Shown: in pieces, positions 25,122 through 39,948 of the stretch | Layout of the letters: the number at the start of each line of letters is the position of its first letter | Position numbering within the stretch: the first letter of the stretch is position 1 | Assembly: GCA_000165425.1 (NCBI GenBank) | Contig: CT868152.1 | Location: forward strand, 124,001 to 188,000 | Source: Paramecium tetraurelia | Lineage: Eukaryota | Direction of reading: 5' to 3' | Length of the DNA: 64,000 nucleotides | The notes under the pieces: generated by a model | What the model was told of the DNA's origin: nothing | The model's database searches: none | The model's input: the letters and a program-made list of their open reading frames with translations, nothing else | Translations under genes and position numbers: made by a program

Positions 25122-26038
25122 ATGAATTAATAATTAAAAAAATTAGCAGTCCTATTAGTGAGTAAGAAGAAGGACCACACTTGTCTTCCAATTATGCAAT
25201 AAATTAGAAATTAATTCCCTTAGCATTCATATTTAATAGATGATGAATATAATAATGAACCTGTGGATTTAGTCGTAACCATCGGCGGGGATGGAACAAT
25301 TTTGTAGAGCTCCAAAACTAGTGTAGGCATGCTTCTAGGATGTTCCAATAAACCTTGACTCCACCCTTTGTGACATTTGGTAAAGGGACCCTAGGATTCA
25401 TGTGTATCTACAGTTTAAGGGATCAATATGAGGTTCTGAAGAACTTGCAAACTCCATATAACATAGAGTTGAAGAAGAGAATTTAAGGCAGTTTGAATGG
25501 TCAATACGTCTACACTGCTTTAAATGACTTTTTCATAACCAAAGGAAATAGCATTCATGTAGTGTGTCTAGACATCTATGTTAATGATACATTTGTGACT
25601 CAAGCCAGAGGAGGTATTACTTCAAAGTGTTATTATAGATGGCTTAATTATAAGCACTCCAACTGGTTCTACGGCCTATTGTTTGAGTGCTGGAGGTCCT
25701 TTGATTTAGAACAGAGTCCCTTGCATCGCAATAGTACCGATCTGTCCCTTGTCATTATCATTTCGGCCTTTGATTTTGCCATTGGATGTGAAAATCAGTA
25801 TAAAGATGAATGCGAATTCAAGAGGAGAAGGAGTAGTAATTTGCGACGGACAAGTACAGTATGATTTTAAGAGAAATGATTGTTTCGATATTACTCCTTC
25901 TAAAAATGATGTGCGGTGTATGTTTTTACCAGATATAACATAGTTGTTGTACCACCCTCACACCAAGATTTGGACTGGGTCATAAAATTGCAGAGAATGC
26001 TAAACTGGAATTCTAGATTTTAATAGCCAAGAGATTGA
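25122..26038 (+). CDS. NADK: NAD kinase
   Basis: [51 protein letters not shown] motifs. Confidence 0.93.
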
Positions 26039-26090
26039 ATTATATATAAGAGAAGTAAATAAAATATAAAATTAATTATTCATTTATTAT

Positions 26091-27652
<1,562 letters not shown>

Positions 27653-27770
27653 CTTAAATGCTTCATATGTAACATAAAGAAATGTCAGGTATAGATTGAA
27701 ATTAGAAGCTTTAAAATAGAAATTACATATGATTTATAAATTATTTATTAAACTTCATTTCTTGAACTAT

Positions 27771-28714
27771 TCATTTCCTAAAAAATGTATTACCCTTAAT
27801 GTAATTATTACTTTTATTTCCAGTGTAAGTTTATTTAAATTGCATTTTCATGTCATTGAATTAATAAGCATAATTTTATAATGAAATCTAATCAGATAAC
27901 TTAGGTGAAATTGTCTAAGTCTTCATTTCATATCTCAAAGTATGTCCACTAGATCTCCTCCCTCCACCACCACCTAATTTCATTGTATTCATAAATGTAT
28001 CTAAATTCTACTTTAATCTTGGAGTTGAATTTTTCGACTCGTTTTTGCCATTAAATAAATAAGATATTTGTCTTTGTATTTCCCTCAATTTATCATCTTT
28101 GGCTTCTTATCTACTTTTTGGATATTGCTCTGGTTTGGGAGGAGATAATACTTTTAGTGGAGAACTTCTTCTATCCAAAAGTGGAGGAGTATTAAACTAA
28201 TTTATAGAAAAATCTCCTTAGATATTTATGTATTTAGTAGGCGAATTGTTTGACTTGTAACTATTAAATAAATCTGAAAACTATTATGAAGATCCTGATT
28301 TTTATAAGGTTGATTTTTAGATGACTGAAGATTTTAGTTATTAATTTGTTTAAATATAGGATTAGACTTATTGTTTCTATTTTTAGAATTACTATCTATT
28401 TTGTTCCTATTAAATTTATTATTCAGCACTTGTCCATTATTTTTCAAATTCTTCTTATGTAATCTAGCCATTTTTTGATATGTTCAAGTATTAAAAGATA
28501 GATTGGATCTAGCTAAGATTATGTGATAATTATTTGTTTACTCTTTCTCTTTAATACCATGATTGTTATTGAGTTCTTGAGATAGTTCATTTAACTCAAT
28601 TGTCCCGTTTTTATTTGAATCAATTGAGTCAAAGGTACCCTTAAGATCTGAGAATTTTGATTGCAGTGTTGTTTTGATCTATTTCCATAGCTAAAGAGTC
28701 TAAAGCATATCCAT
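27771..28714 (-). CDS. EF-hand protein with low-complexity C-terminus
   Basis: FDSIDSNKNGTIELNEL canonical EF loop plus a second, degenerate LNISKNGQITQEEF loop. Confidence 0.75.
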
Positions 28715-28753
28715 TCAATTGTAATAAAATAAAATAAAAATATTTTAATTGAA

Positions 28754-29486
28754 ATGCTTTTTGGATTAGTGACAAGTTAGTAGATCAAGTTTTTTGATCC
28801 CCAAACCAATGATCATTACAATGACTACACATTTGATCCAACCAAATTCAATAATGCTAAAATAAGTGAAATTCAATAATAATTATGTAGTTGTTGCTTA
28901 TCCCTTCCAATAAAATTCAATTAAAGAGAAAATAGGACAGAACCTTTAGATTGAATTTTTCAACTTAAGTGATGTACTTTAGACTAGAAATCAACAGCTT
29001 TTTAATTTGAATGATAAACAATAGCCAAAAGTTTAGTTAGAGATAGATTTCGATAATCAAATTGTAAAAAGCTACTTTAAAACAAATGAAGGTGTAGAAA
29101 TAATATCAAACAAGGAATTCGAAAGAACTTTTACTCCAACATAAGATATCGAAGATCAATATTATCATTTTCTCAAGAAGTATGAAATAAAGAATTAATA
29201 TAGAAATGTGAATCAATTACCATAATTTAAGGATGCTCTAAATTTAACCAATATCTAAGCATTTTCAAAGGAAAATTCATAAATCATATACTCAAATATA
29301 AGCAATAATTTAATTTGCGATCTTGTTATATCTAATTTGGCAACTAGTGTGATCATTATTAGCAAAAATGTTCAAAACTTTTCATCATTAAATTTTGTTA
29401 AGGATAGACAATACTTTAAGTAACTTTTCTGCGATATTTCAATCCGAATAATTAGTGAATAAGGTTCTTTATTTGATTACATATGA
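28754..29486 (+). CDS. hypothetical protein
   Basis: ATG at 28754, one 25-nt GTG..TAG intron, TGA at 29484-29486. Confidence 0.65.
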
Positions 29487-29557
29487 TGTATATTGATTAT
29501 TCCAATAATATGTATTGATTTCTATAATTGATATAATAAAACTATTATCACAACTAA

Positions 29558-30387
29558 TCATTGAGTTCTGTAATCTGTTTATATCTCCATTGGTTTATGT
29601 ATATAGAGTTTATGATCATTGCCACAGAACATGCTATTTCTAAAATCACAGTAAAATTGTAAAATGAAAATGAACATTCCATTTATCCCTATGGTTGTTA
29701 TAAATCAAAAATACTTTCATTTTTTCTTCAATCTAAAACTCTTCCTGCAAATTACATAGATTGTAGTTATTTATTTAAGAAGTTCTAATTGAAACATAAT
29801 CGAAATATGCAGATATTAACTAAACTATTTATAAAATAAATACTAAAAGTATTGCAAATGAGATCCCTATCTAGAAACTTAGTTCTGCATACTTTTTATT
29901 GGTCTTTCGTAATGCATAAATTCCAATGAGTGTACTAGATATGGACAATAAGATGAAGCACAATCTAATTTCTGAAATTGCTATTTCCCAGGGACATTCA
30001 ATCTTGAATATAAATTATAAATTACTATAGCACTTGCTTGTAGATCCTTTTTAACCTTCAAGAAAATTTCAGATCTTATTGGTCCACTAATAGTCTTGCA
30101 ATTCATTGTTCTTCTCATTTCAACGCAAATATAATGGCCTCCTGTTAATGGATAGATGATTAAGAATACTATTATTAGCGGATTCGATCTCACAAGTCCA
30201 TTTGTCATCTGACCCCACAATACTGTAAAAAAGCAAAATACATAATAAACCCTTAAGATCAATTCATTTAATATACCAAAGCAACCAAATTAACAATCAA
30301 GCTTTTTTTAGTGTTTCCATCACTTTCATACAACAATTTTTTAGCTTGCCAGATTTCTTTATTAGTCTTTGCTTAGAGGTCAAGCAT
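29558..30387 (-). CDS. membrane protein with N- and C-terminal TM helices and a Cys-containing loop
   Basis: LIVNLVALGLLCILLFYSIV TM segment, Cys-bearing loop, second hydrophobic segment near the C-terminus; short introns. Confidence 0.6.
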
Positions 30388-30905
30388 ATTTTAATACGTG
30401 TAAAATATTATTAATAATTTTTCTATTCACAATATTTCTAAAAAATAGCTAACAAAATTCATTTTAAATAAAATAACGTTTTAAATTCAATGTAAATCAA
30501 GCATTAAAAATTATTTGGTAAAATAGAATTTAATAAATGCATTATTTTTACCGTCTGTTTATAAAGCAGAATCAATCCATTGAATTTTATTAAAAGGTGA
30601 ACTCGACTCAATAATTATCAATCAAAAATATCTGAAAAGCACTCAGATTATTGATCTTTGGTTCTACTTTTAATCTGTATTATTTTGACTGAAAATAAAA
30701 GTGTAATACTATTACTGAAAGACAATGCATGAAATGAAAATAACGAAGATTATCTGACTGATATTATGTTGATTGCATTTACAGTGAAATTGTATTGATA
30801 ACTATAAATAGAATACAAGAGTTTCTATCAATTATCAATCTTATCTCAAGTTTTTGATATTATATTATTAAAATAGTTTATAAATAATAAATATTTCTGT
30901 TGTTA

Positions 30906-31922
30906 ATGTTTTATAAAACTAATTTAGTATCTCCTAACAGAACCTAATCTCCAGTTGTTGTTCACAAATAATCGATAGGTCAAGTAAATAATCCTCTTTT
31001 AACTTAATAATAATACCAACCATAAACATACTATGCATCATCGAAAACAACGCCAATAAAAAATTTAGAATAGAAGTTTGAAGTGATAAAATAAAATATA
31101 ACAATACCTACTTAAAGTTAAATGTCTCCTGAAAGAAATAAATTATTAGTAGCTAATGAATTTGATATGCAAGTCTTACGCAATGACATCACATTCAGGG
31201 AATAAAAGATCATTTCATTACAAAAAGCACTCGATTTGTCCAATGATGATAGAATTAGATTAAGATCTGCTTTGGAGTAAAAGTCTAATGCCTGTGTCAA
31301 TAAAGAAAGAGAAATTGCCAAATTACTAGCAACTATTCATTAAATGGAATTTAAGAAAACAGAAAGCCAAATTGTAAGAGACCTTCAACTGCAAATAGAA
31401 ACTCTCAAAATATTTATTTAAGAGAATGCTTTGGATAGGTCTAATTTCAAGAATGAAGATACTAATAATTTGAAGTCCAAAATGAATCTCCTTTAGGAAG
31501 AGTTGACATAACAAATAAATAAAAATGATTCTTAGTAATAATACATAAATGAACTTATGAATTAAAATAAGGAGTTGTCTTAGAAGTATAATGAGAAGTG
31601 TTTTGAATTATAAAAGTTGGAAATGTAATTGGATCAAATTAAAATATTATAAAATGAACTCAGAGGCAAGGATGAAGAAATAGAAATATTAAAAGGAGAA
31701 CTCAACAATGATAGTACATCCAATTATACCAAAGAATAATGCTCTTTTGATCAATAAAATGAAATATAAAAGTTTCTTTCTCAGATTAAATAACAGTATT
31801 TGGAAGATTCTCCAAAAAGAGACACTGATGACTAAGATTCAATGAATGTATATAGACATATATACAGTTTTCAATCTACTGATGACTTTAATAAAGGGGA
31901 TCTTTAGAAAATAAACAAATGA
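30906..31922 (+). CDS. hypothetical coiled-coil protein
   Basis: Long code-6 ORF with heptad-like E/K/Q/L content; TGA at 31920-31922. Confidence 0.65.
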
Positions 31923-32149
31923 TTTATTATAACTATATATTTGTTGTCTAAGTAGGATGTTAAATTATTATGTTTCAATAAATTTTATAGGAGTATGTTT
32001 CTTAATAAGAATCAATTTAGTTATGATAAATAAGGGATGGACATCAATAATATTGATATATTTGAGATTGAAAAGATATAAATTGAATAATAATAATAAA
32101 GAATATTATCTTTAAATAATGTTTTATTTTGATTACTGTTTGTAATATT

Positions 32150-32481
32150 TCATTCTTCTGGTTCGAAAACTCCAAATGAATCTTCGAAATTGATGGCTTC
32201 TTTTAATGAACTTGTGAATGTTTAGTAATTGTTATTTATGGTGGCAGCACAATTTTCTGTTATTTATTAAAATAGATTCATTACTGACACATTAAACATC
32301 ATTTTCAGACAATTTAGTACCTTAATCAGGTTTGAATAATCTACACTTGTTTGCACATAATTTGGTCAATGATAATGTTAAACCAACAGTTATATTCTAA
32401 GTAATGGAAGTAAATAAAATAAATTACAAAGGTGTAAAGGGGAGTGTTAGGGAAATCCAAACTTTCAGAATCGTCGCTCAT
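32150..32481 (-). CDS. small Tim (Tim8/9/10/13 family) twin CX3C protein
   Basis: About 90 aa after two introns; LCANKC-x17-CVKNC twin CX3C motif with LSENDVQC. Confidence 0.8.
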
Positions 32482-32539
32482 AAATCTTAATTAATTATAT
32501 TTATTCTTTATATTTATATAAATAAATTTATATAAATAA

Positions 32540-33067
32540 ATGAAATCGAGAACTGAAATTCCAATATCGAATTAATTAACACCTTATTTGGCCAATTTGT
32601 AAGATAAATAGGATAGAGTATTAAGAATGCTTTTGAAAAAAAATAACTAATTGGAGTTCAAACAAATAAAGGTTGTTTAGAAATAAACATTAAAACATAA
32701 ATCGCAACATTTTTAATTGCCATAAATTTAGAATGCTGATTTTAATGAAAACAAAGACAGAAAATACAGAAAATATAAAAATTTTTATTATTCAGATTAA
32801 AAATCACAGTAACAGGAATATAATTTGGAATCTAGAGTATAAGAAATTTTGGATAAAATATGTCATGTAAGGAAAAAATAGATCAACGATTTTAGACCTG
32901 AATCGAATCTGATGAAGAGAAAAGGTTATTCAGTTGATTTACCTAAATAGCATCCTTCCATCTTATAACAGAGACAAAAAAGTGTATAACAAAATACATT
33001 TAACTACTTCTTGTAGCCAACTCAATTGAATTCTGAGTCAGATTGGCTCGAGTTTGTTTTTGGTTGA
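32540..33067 (+). CDS. hypothetical protein
   Basis: Intronless 175-codon code-6 ORF ending DWLEFVFG*. Confidence 0.6.
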
Positions 33068-33169
33068 GCAACATCCTCACTTATTTAATGATTATCTATA
33101 TAATTTATGCACTTATGATATGATTTTAAGATATTAATTTTTTTTACATCTTTTTTTTTAAATTATCTC

Positions 33170-34148
33170 ATGCTTCCTATTGTATACGCAACTTCCTACA
33201 TCAATTATCCATAACTCAATCTTTAACAACTTTATCCCGTTCCAACTTAATACTATAATATGATTCCAACAAAAGTTATGTGTGATTAAGCCTGTCAATT
33301 CCCGGAGATTACTTTTAATGAAGAAGTTTCTGAAAATACTGATTAAAATCGCTAAACTCACTCTAAAGAAGCTTTGGTCCTGCAAGAACTCAACCTGTTG
33401 CTTTTATATTTGTAGAAGAACATTTCCTTGCTCAAAGAAAAGACTTTTGAAAAATTTGCTAGTGAGAATTTGAGAGTATATCTTATCACTATTATAATTA
33501 GAATCTAATATCCATACATTGTGACATACCGAATATCATTAAGAAGAGATACATCCAGGTAAATAAAACTAAGGAGGAAATGACAAAATTCATTATTAGA
33601 AGATGTTTCCAATTCATCAAAACTTAAATTAACTACCAAGAAAAAGAAAGTCTTGGAGCAGAAGAAAGAGATCGTCTTTTTTATCACACCTTCTTTTCAA
33701 GTGATAAAGAATTTATGAACACATTAGAAAATGGCACTATCGATGACCTCATACCATTTAGAAAAGAATCAAAACTCAAAACTATTAATGATGCTTATTT
33801 AAATAAACTTTTCAAATCACAAAAGTTTTCTTATTACTATCAGAAATTTTTAAGTAACTCAATCTTTTACTTATACTAGATGAATTTCAAACCATATGTT
33901 AACATGAAAATGAAGAGAAAATTGAGAAAATGACTAAATAAATTTTAAAAATCATCATCGCAAGAGATTACGATGTACAATATTTATCCCCTATTAAAAT
34001 AGAAAATTAAGTCTTATCGAAGATTTCCATGGAAAGATCATGAATTTAACAAATGTGAAAATAGAGCATAAGAAATCTATTCAAAATATCATTCATAGAA
34101 AATCAGTATTTGTAAATATTTAATTAGAAAATGAAAAGAAACTTTTGA
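33170..34148 (+). CDS. hypothetical protein, probably a ciliate-specific family
   Basis: KTKEEMTKFIIRRCF...PFRKESKLKTINDAYLNKLF...FPW; 3-4 short introns; the 3' end is 34134 or 34148 depending on the last intron. Confidence 0.7.
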
Positions 34149-34716
34149 AAAAGGAATTAATTAAGTTAGAACACATAGAAATATCTGAATCTATTAAATG
34201 AACATTATAAAAATATGGACATCCAATTATATTTATATATATTCAAAGATAATCAAATCCATACATGTGTCCGTTCTTCAGATTTTTTATTTTCATTATT
34301 TATATCCATAATAAATGAAAAAAGTGATAAATTGATTTTTAAAATTATTTTAAACCTTCAACAATTAATACAAAATAATAAAAATATATTACTTTATTAA
34401 ATATTATTTTAGTAAAACTAAGTAATAAATGTATATTAAACCCCAATTTAGTGTACCCATCATACTCTCTATTTTATCCCCTACGGATGTTAGTTATAAA
34501 TTTAACACCATAATTAGATTGATCTGCTTTGTTTTTCATAAATTTAATCCATAATTTTGAATATATCTGTAAGATTAACTAAAAATTGATGTATATTATA
34601 TGTATATAAATAACTTATTATCAAATTGCTTTAAAAGGATGATTCAGAACATAAGCAAATATATGGGTATTAAAATGAGAGAAAATTATTATGTTAATTA
34701 TGATGTATAAATTAAA

Positions 34717-36167
34717 TCAGTTGTTGGATTCTTAGGAATTTGCTTGATTCAAGCCTACTCCTAAGAGTTTTTCCATTTCAAAAGTTCTGTGACCCAATAA
34801 GTTAGTTAATTTTCTGAGTCTTGCTTTTTCATTTTTTAATACTTCCATTTAATTGCTTAATTCATTTGTCTCGTTGTTTGACTCTTCAGCCAACTTCCTA
34901 AAATTTCTAGTAAAGTCTGCTAATTCTTCAATGAAACCAGTTGAGGTGTCATCATTTATAGATGATTGTAAGTATGATTCATGAATGATTTCTTATCTCA
35001 AAATTTGCAATTCTTTTTTATCTCTTTCCAATTCATGTAGTATGTATTCTAACATAATCTAATTGTAATTACTAATACATTTAATTTATCCTCGTGTTCC
35101 TTCATTGGCAGATTCATTGAATTCTTTTAGAACAGTTATAAAGCCTCTTTATATGATTGCATTGAAATAATTTAATAATGAAATTTATTATTGTGCACCC
35201 AGAATCCAAAGACCTCATTAAAATGATAATTAATATTTATATAGAAGTCATGAATCATTATGAAATTCATCATGTATTTCTCTGATGATGACAACTAGTT
35301 ATAATAGACTTGATAATGTATTATTAGTGGGCGATTCGATGGCTAAAATAATGTTTGAATTTGATGTTTGTTGCTATAATATCAAATAATTTAATTAATC
35401 GTTCTCTTCAATCTGTCTGATATAATTAGACATGGCATTATCATTTGGACTGGATTAATAAAGTAAAATATCTTCTTTATAATGTGATAATACCAGTCCT
35501 ATCAGTGAATAGTCCCAAGGGAGACAAACGTGGTGAGGAGATTGAAATGTATTCATCATAGACCTTGTCCCATCCTTTGTAATGAACAAGCATTTCCTTT
35601 TGGTTCCTGATATTGATTATCTATCCGACACACCAGATATGTTCAGTATCTAGAATATCTAAAGAGTCTCCTAATTTAAAATTGGTGAGTTTCTTTTTCT
35701 TTTTCCATTCTTTAAATTCCTTTTTTCGGTTGAGTATGGGTTAATTATTTTAAAGCAATTTGCTATTCTGAATAAATTAATCTATTGTCTTACAATAGAT
35801 GAATTGTAAGCCTTTCAAAATGTTATGGCAACATGGGCATTTCTTAAATATACTAGAAACATACGTGAGATTTAAGTAAATGTTCAAATATGCAATAATA
35901 ACAAAATGAATGCCCACATTAGGCAATTGTAAATTTAATGTAGTAATCTTTGCACAATTTACATTTTAATTCATTTTCATGAAATTCTTGGCTTAATTAA
36001 AATGCTTGCTTTTTATTTAAATATGTACGATTCTTTCTGATCTAATTATAAACTTCCAGACTTTGTTTTTTTCTAAATTTAGACAAGAATTTGTTTTTAA
36101 TTTATTAATAACCTGCGAACCTTGCTTCTCGAAGTTCTTCTTCAATAGCTATATTTTATTATTTCAT
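34717..36167 (-). CDS. RING-HC (C3HC4) + Tudor/MBT-like domain protein
   Basis: CKLC...CGHSFCYYC...CPCC RING motif; FKLGDSLDILDTEHIWCVGQI...LVHYKGWDKVYDEYISISSPRLSPLG Royal-family barrel. Confidence 0.85.
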
Positions 36168-36392
36168 ATTAAAAAGTTTGATATAATTATTATCTAAAAT
36201 ATTTTAAGGCATATTGATTTGCAAGTTCTCTGAATAAATATTACCACAAATGCGATTTATGTAATTCTTGGATAAGTAATTAGTTTTGATCAGAAATAAT
36301 CACTTAATTTTTTAATTCAAAGTTGATTATTTCTTACGGATAAACAATTATTAATTTATTTAAATCTTACCTAAACCACTATATTGAAGACA

Positions 36393-37223
36393 ATGAAATT
36401 GAACCATCATAGTAAGTCATGCTAAATAATTATAAATAAAAAAATAACCAACTTTGAAAATTAGGCAACTCAAAGGACTGCTGACACAACTCCAGATTCA
36501 ATAAGCAGTGGTGAAGAGAACCTCAAAACAAATTACTTCATCAAAAAAATCTCTTCAGATTGCAAGTTGGCAAGAGAACTTCATGAAGCATCTCTTCAAT
36601 CACACTGGTACATTGAATAGCCTAAGGAAACTGTGGATAAACGCCTAGTGAAATTAAAAAAATAACAGAAAAACCAAAAGGTTGTCGTTTTAGACCTTGA
36701 TGAAACATTAATTTATCACAAGAACGATCAAACAAAGATAAGACCCTATTGTAAATAGTTTTTAGAGCGATTATCTAAGATTTGCACATTAGTACTTTTT
36801 ACTGCAGCAAAAATAGAACACGCTACTAATGTAATTAAAATATGCTAAGACTTTAGATGTTGAAACTAATTGATCCAAATAAGCAGTATTTTAAATCAGT
36901 TTGCACACTCGACAACATGATCGGTAAAGTCAAAGACTTAAGAATTTTTTCGACTGACCTCAAGGATATTGTCATTGTAGACAATTCTCCACAAAATTTC
37001 ATGTATCATATTGTACCATTATAGAGCTTAGATCAACAACGGACTGCCAATACTACCTTTCGAAGGATAGAATGACGACAACTAATTAGAAGAATTACTA
37101 TCATATTTAGAAGATCTTCTATTAGTTGAAGATGTTAGAGTCGAATTAGCTAAAACCTTTAAACTTTAACAATTCTATAAATAGCTAAATGGAAAATAAG
37201 CTATAAATAAGTTGTACATATGA
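36393..37223 (+). CDS. FCP1/SCP-like (NIF) HAD phosphatase
   Basis: VVLDLDETL, IRPYCKQFL, LFTAA, KDLRIF, IVIVDNSP motifs. Confidence 0.9.
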
Positions 37224-37395
37224 TGTTTCTAACTTTAATCTATTTATACCATAATTTTTAATTCAAATTGTCATTCTTAAAATGAATTCGGAAATGCCCA
37301 GCATTCCTGGATTTAGGGTTCGAGAAGATCTTAGAACTTAGGGTTCAGAGAAAAGATTTAGATTTAAAGGAAAATAAATTATATTTATTAAATAA

Positions 37396-38261
37396 ATGTC
37401 CAATAGACCACCCACATAATAACCAGGATAACCTGCCACTACAGCTCCATAATATTAACCATAATGGAACCCTACATTTTCACCTCCAAGAGCTTATTAG
37501 GCACCTGTCTAATTGTAAAGTCCTGCTTACATTCCTTAATATTACACTCAACCAGTTGCTCAATCATATGTTGCTCCTCCTGTCGTTCAATAACCTATTG
37601 TATACTAACAACCAGTCGTTACTCAATCAGTAGTAGCTTAACCAGTAGTGACTCAGCCAGTTGTCTAATAATAACCAATTATTAAGGGAGAAAGCAGAGT
37701 GGAGTATAAATTATGAAGATTATCCATTTAGATACATCCCATATGAGAAGAGCGTGATCGAATATGAAGAAGTCAGACAAAAAATTTAGGTTCCAAGGGA
37801 AAAATATGTGACTGAATACTAAGCCATCGAATATTAAACAGAATATGTTCCCCAAGTCTTTTATGATAAAGTTACAGGTACTATTAACATATTTAATATA
37901 AGAATATGTTCCCGTTGACAGATATTAGGAAAGAGTCGAATATTACCCAGTTGAAAGACAAGTCGTCCATTAACCTTAGATTCAAACTGTCGCTTAGCCT
38001 GTTGTTTAACAATCCTATGTTGCTTAACCTGTAGTCACCCAATCTTATGTTGCTTAACCAGTTGTTTAATAATCCTATGTGACTTAAACAGTTCCTGTCG
38101 TATCCTAACCAATTTAGTATGCCCAATACCCTCAATACGCTTAACCTGCCACTCAAACTATCTATGGTCCACCTGTTCCCATTGGAAATGGACCCATTCC
38201 TGCAAGTTAATTACCGGCTGCTGTTAAGACTGGATAATTCTAACAAACACCTTAAAAATGA
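37396..38261 (+). CDS. epiplasmin (cortical membrane-skeleton protein)
   Basis: P/V/Q/Y-rich arms (VAQPVV repeats) flanking the central KGESRVEYIPYEKSVIEYEEV...EYVPVDRYQERVEYYPVERQ domain typical of Paramecium epiplasmins. Confidence 0.9.
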
Positions 38262-38327
38262 GATATTATTCAAATAAAAATAATCACCCCATCGTTTCTT
38301 ATTTTAATATACATTAATAATCTATTT

Positions 38328-38965
38328 TCAATGAGAACAACCATTCAACCACAATGCTATAATTGTTAGATATAGCAAGATTGTTCCTACATTTAATAAT
38401 TTGTATTAAATCATACTACATAAAAATAAATTTGTTACTTGTTAAATGGGGGCTGCAAAATCCCATAATGATATAATAAAACTGCCACCAGATATATATA
38501 TTATAAGTAACTGCGTTTGAAACATAGCAGAATAGCATGGAATAATCCGGTACTCTATTAATAGATACATTAGTATAGATACAATGATAAACCAAGGTAC
38601 GTGCTTACTATAGACTGCAAACGGCAGGAAGACCAAAGTTATCACATGATGTGAGAAGAACGACATACTGCAACCTGATTCAAATGCTTTACCGCTTCCA
38701 ACTTTAACAATAATGTCGAATAAGTAATAAATTGGCCCATAAAAAATGAAAGGTCGAATTAACTTATCTAAAGGGTTCATCGTATAATACCCTATAAAAG
38801 CGATGGAAATTGTTCCATTCTTTTCACGTCCTGCCAATATACCGGATATAAGATTTTGTAAATGATCATCACAATTTGTATTGGAATTCCATAATAACTA
38901 TATGTCATCCAGACCTAGTCGTTTAATTCCTTTAGGTATTCCCATGATTCTAAAGATAAGCCCAT
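38328..38965 (-). CDS. multi-pass membrane protein, TLC-domain-like
   Basis: Several TM segments; YYLFD...FFSHHVITL pattern reminiscent of TLC (TRAM/LAG1/CLN8) domains; 3 short introns. Confidence 0.6.
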
Positions 38966-39948
38966 TCAATTTTTATAAAATAATAATATTATCATTTTTT
39001 AATTTATGAATCTCAAATTACTCATGAATTATCTCTATGTTTTACAACCAATGATTTTAGATTATTTTTAATCAATTTTATTATCTACTTATAAGGTTTA
39101 ATTCATAATTTATGTTCTTATATTAAAGGTATAACATCAATCAAAATCCATATATTTATATATTAATTGCATTCCATATTGCAAGTGTAATATTACTATA
39201 TTTGTAGATCTTCCCATAAATGAATTTTAATGTTCCATTAATTATTATTCATATCATTTTCCTTTTATCGTTTATAACTAATTAAAAAATCGCCTTTAAG
39301 TCTTCAATCGATTTTTAAATTTAATTAAATTTTTCATAAGTATCTTCATGATTCTTATTCTAACATTATCTTTTCCTTCGTTAAAATCTCATTATTGAAT
39401 TCTTTTTAGGTTGCTTATCCTTTGAAATCTAGCCAAGTATTCTTAACTAAGAAAATTCAAATAAGAATGAGAATATTATTATCATCAATTTATTAAATAG
39501 AGAGTCACATCCAGAGTTAAAGAAAAATAACAGGTAAACAATATTAAATCAACCTTCCACTCTAATTCTAATAGGATCAACCTTAAAACAATAATTTTTT
39601 TTTACATTCAATTATTTAACTATTTTCAATGACGATTATAACCCTACAAGCATCTTACATAAATATCTGAATTTACCATTCACTAGTTTTTCAGGGGAAA
39701 ATAGTAGCACTTTTATAGAATCTATGACAACGGCAATATTCTTTTCAAATTAAAATCAAATATATCTATACCTTATTGATATAACTAATCATCAAATTTA
39801 TATTATATTATCCATAAATTCAGTATAGATATTACTAAAAAACAAAACTAATACAATTTTATTATTTATTCATTATAGTTTAATTTGAGCTGAATAGAAA
39901 GAGGGCATGTATTATTAATTTTATTAATAAATGATAAGATAATCAAAT

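Noticed and set aside
30724..30780. Possible C/D snoRNA (AATGCA...CTGA...TGCATT)
   Set aside because: There is no proper RTGATGA box C, and CTGA is not adjacent to the terminal stem.
37313..37346. TTAGGG as telomere-addition remnant, or GGTTCGA as a tRNA B-box
   Set aside because: Paramecium telomeric repeats are TT(T/G)GGG and occur in tandem. No cloverleaf or A-box is present.
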